From Parcubacteria group bacterium M10-OD1-1 (GTDB lineage: Bacteria; Patescibacteriota; Minisyncoccia; Moranbacterales; UBA2206), in the NCBI GenBank assembly GCA_003056145.1, contig LSNL01000006.1, forward strand, positions 82,192-146,191: DNA of 64,000 nt, given 5' to 3'. Under the pieces are notes generated by a model. The model was not told the DNA's origin. It was given only the letters and a program-made list of their open reading frames with translations, and did no database searches. A program made the position numbers and the translations under genes. Position 1 is the first letter of the stretch; each line of letters opens with the position of its first letter. This document shows, in pieces, positions 63,486 through 64,000 of the stretch.

Positions 63486-64000
63486 GTGCCATTAGAAATT
63501 TTTTCCAACAGTAAAAAATTAATTTTAGACACTCTTTTCCCTATTAACTGCTTATCCTGTCAAAAATCTAATTATTGGCTCTGTGATGATTGCTGGAAAA
63601 AAATAGCTACTCTCTCTTCTCAAGTTTGTCCTTATTGTGAAAAAAATATTTCAACTAGTGGTAAAATTTGTTCTTATTGTCGCTCTCAATTAATAGCTCG
63701 CAATCAACCTGATTTTTTAGATGCTTTAATAGTCGCTACTCATTATTCTAAAAATAATTTAGCTCGTCTAATTCATATTTACAAATATAATTTTATAACT
63801 GAGCTAGCCTCTCCTTTAGCTAAAATAATGGTTACCGCTTTATTAAAAAATCATCTTCCTCTGCCTGATTTAATAATTCCCATCCCTCTTCATCCTCGTC
63901 GGTTAAGATGGCGAGGATTTAACCAAGCGGAGCTCTTAGCCAAAGAGCTAAAAAATACTCTTTTACCTGGATTTCCTCTCATTTTAAGGAATGATTTAAT
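63486..64000 (+). CDS. comF: ComF family protein (double zinc ribbon + PRTase), partial
   Basis: Manual translation from GTG at 63486: LFPINCLSC...LCDDC...CPYC...CSYC...YKY...IPIPLHPRRLRWRGFNQAELLA, running off the window end. Confidence 0.9.
   Translation, partial: MPLEIFSNSKKLILDTLFPINCLSCQKSNYWLCDDCWKKIATLSSQVCPYCEKNISTSGKICSYCRSQLIARNQPDFLDALIVATHYSKNNLARLIHIYKYNFITELASPLAKIMVTALLKNHLPLPDLIIPIPLHPRRLRWRGFNQAELLAKELKNTLLPGFPLILRNDL

Overview
AT-rich, standard-code chromosomal window from a Patescibacteria (CPR)/Parcubacteria-type bacterium; this assignment is inferred from gene content, including a type IV pilus cluster without pilQ/pilP, CPR-typical hypotheticals and rRNA insertions. Most genes are on the minus strand. 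Housekeeping genes include trxA, uppS, a polyprenyl synthase, ftsQ-like, holB, mreB, murA, rplY, rodA, gyrB, gatA, gatC, ligA, clpC and comF. The window also has several glycosyltransferases, a VirD4/HerA-like ATPase cluster, four tRNAs and a complete pilM-N-O-B-(response regulator)-T-C-A-D-minor pilin cluster. A 23S-5S rRNA unit has no adjacent 16S and has its own promoter. It carries AT-rich hairpin insertions in 5S helix IV and in 23S helices 45 and 79, and its leader contains a terminator/antiterminator pair. The best candidate for an undescribed system is at 35-40.4 kb. There a membrane-tethered HTH-TM-FN3 protein has two copies of the palindrome TTTGATATCAAA in its promoter region and is apparently co-transcribed with a 1,344-aa phage-fibre-like surface protein containing a perfect 163-bp internal repeat. 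Translation-initiation signals are also unusual: a non-canonical initiator tRNA, apparently leaderless genes and a rare extended SD. No CRISPR array, IS element, integrase or reverse transcriptase was seen.
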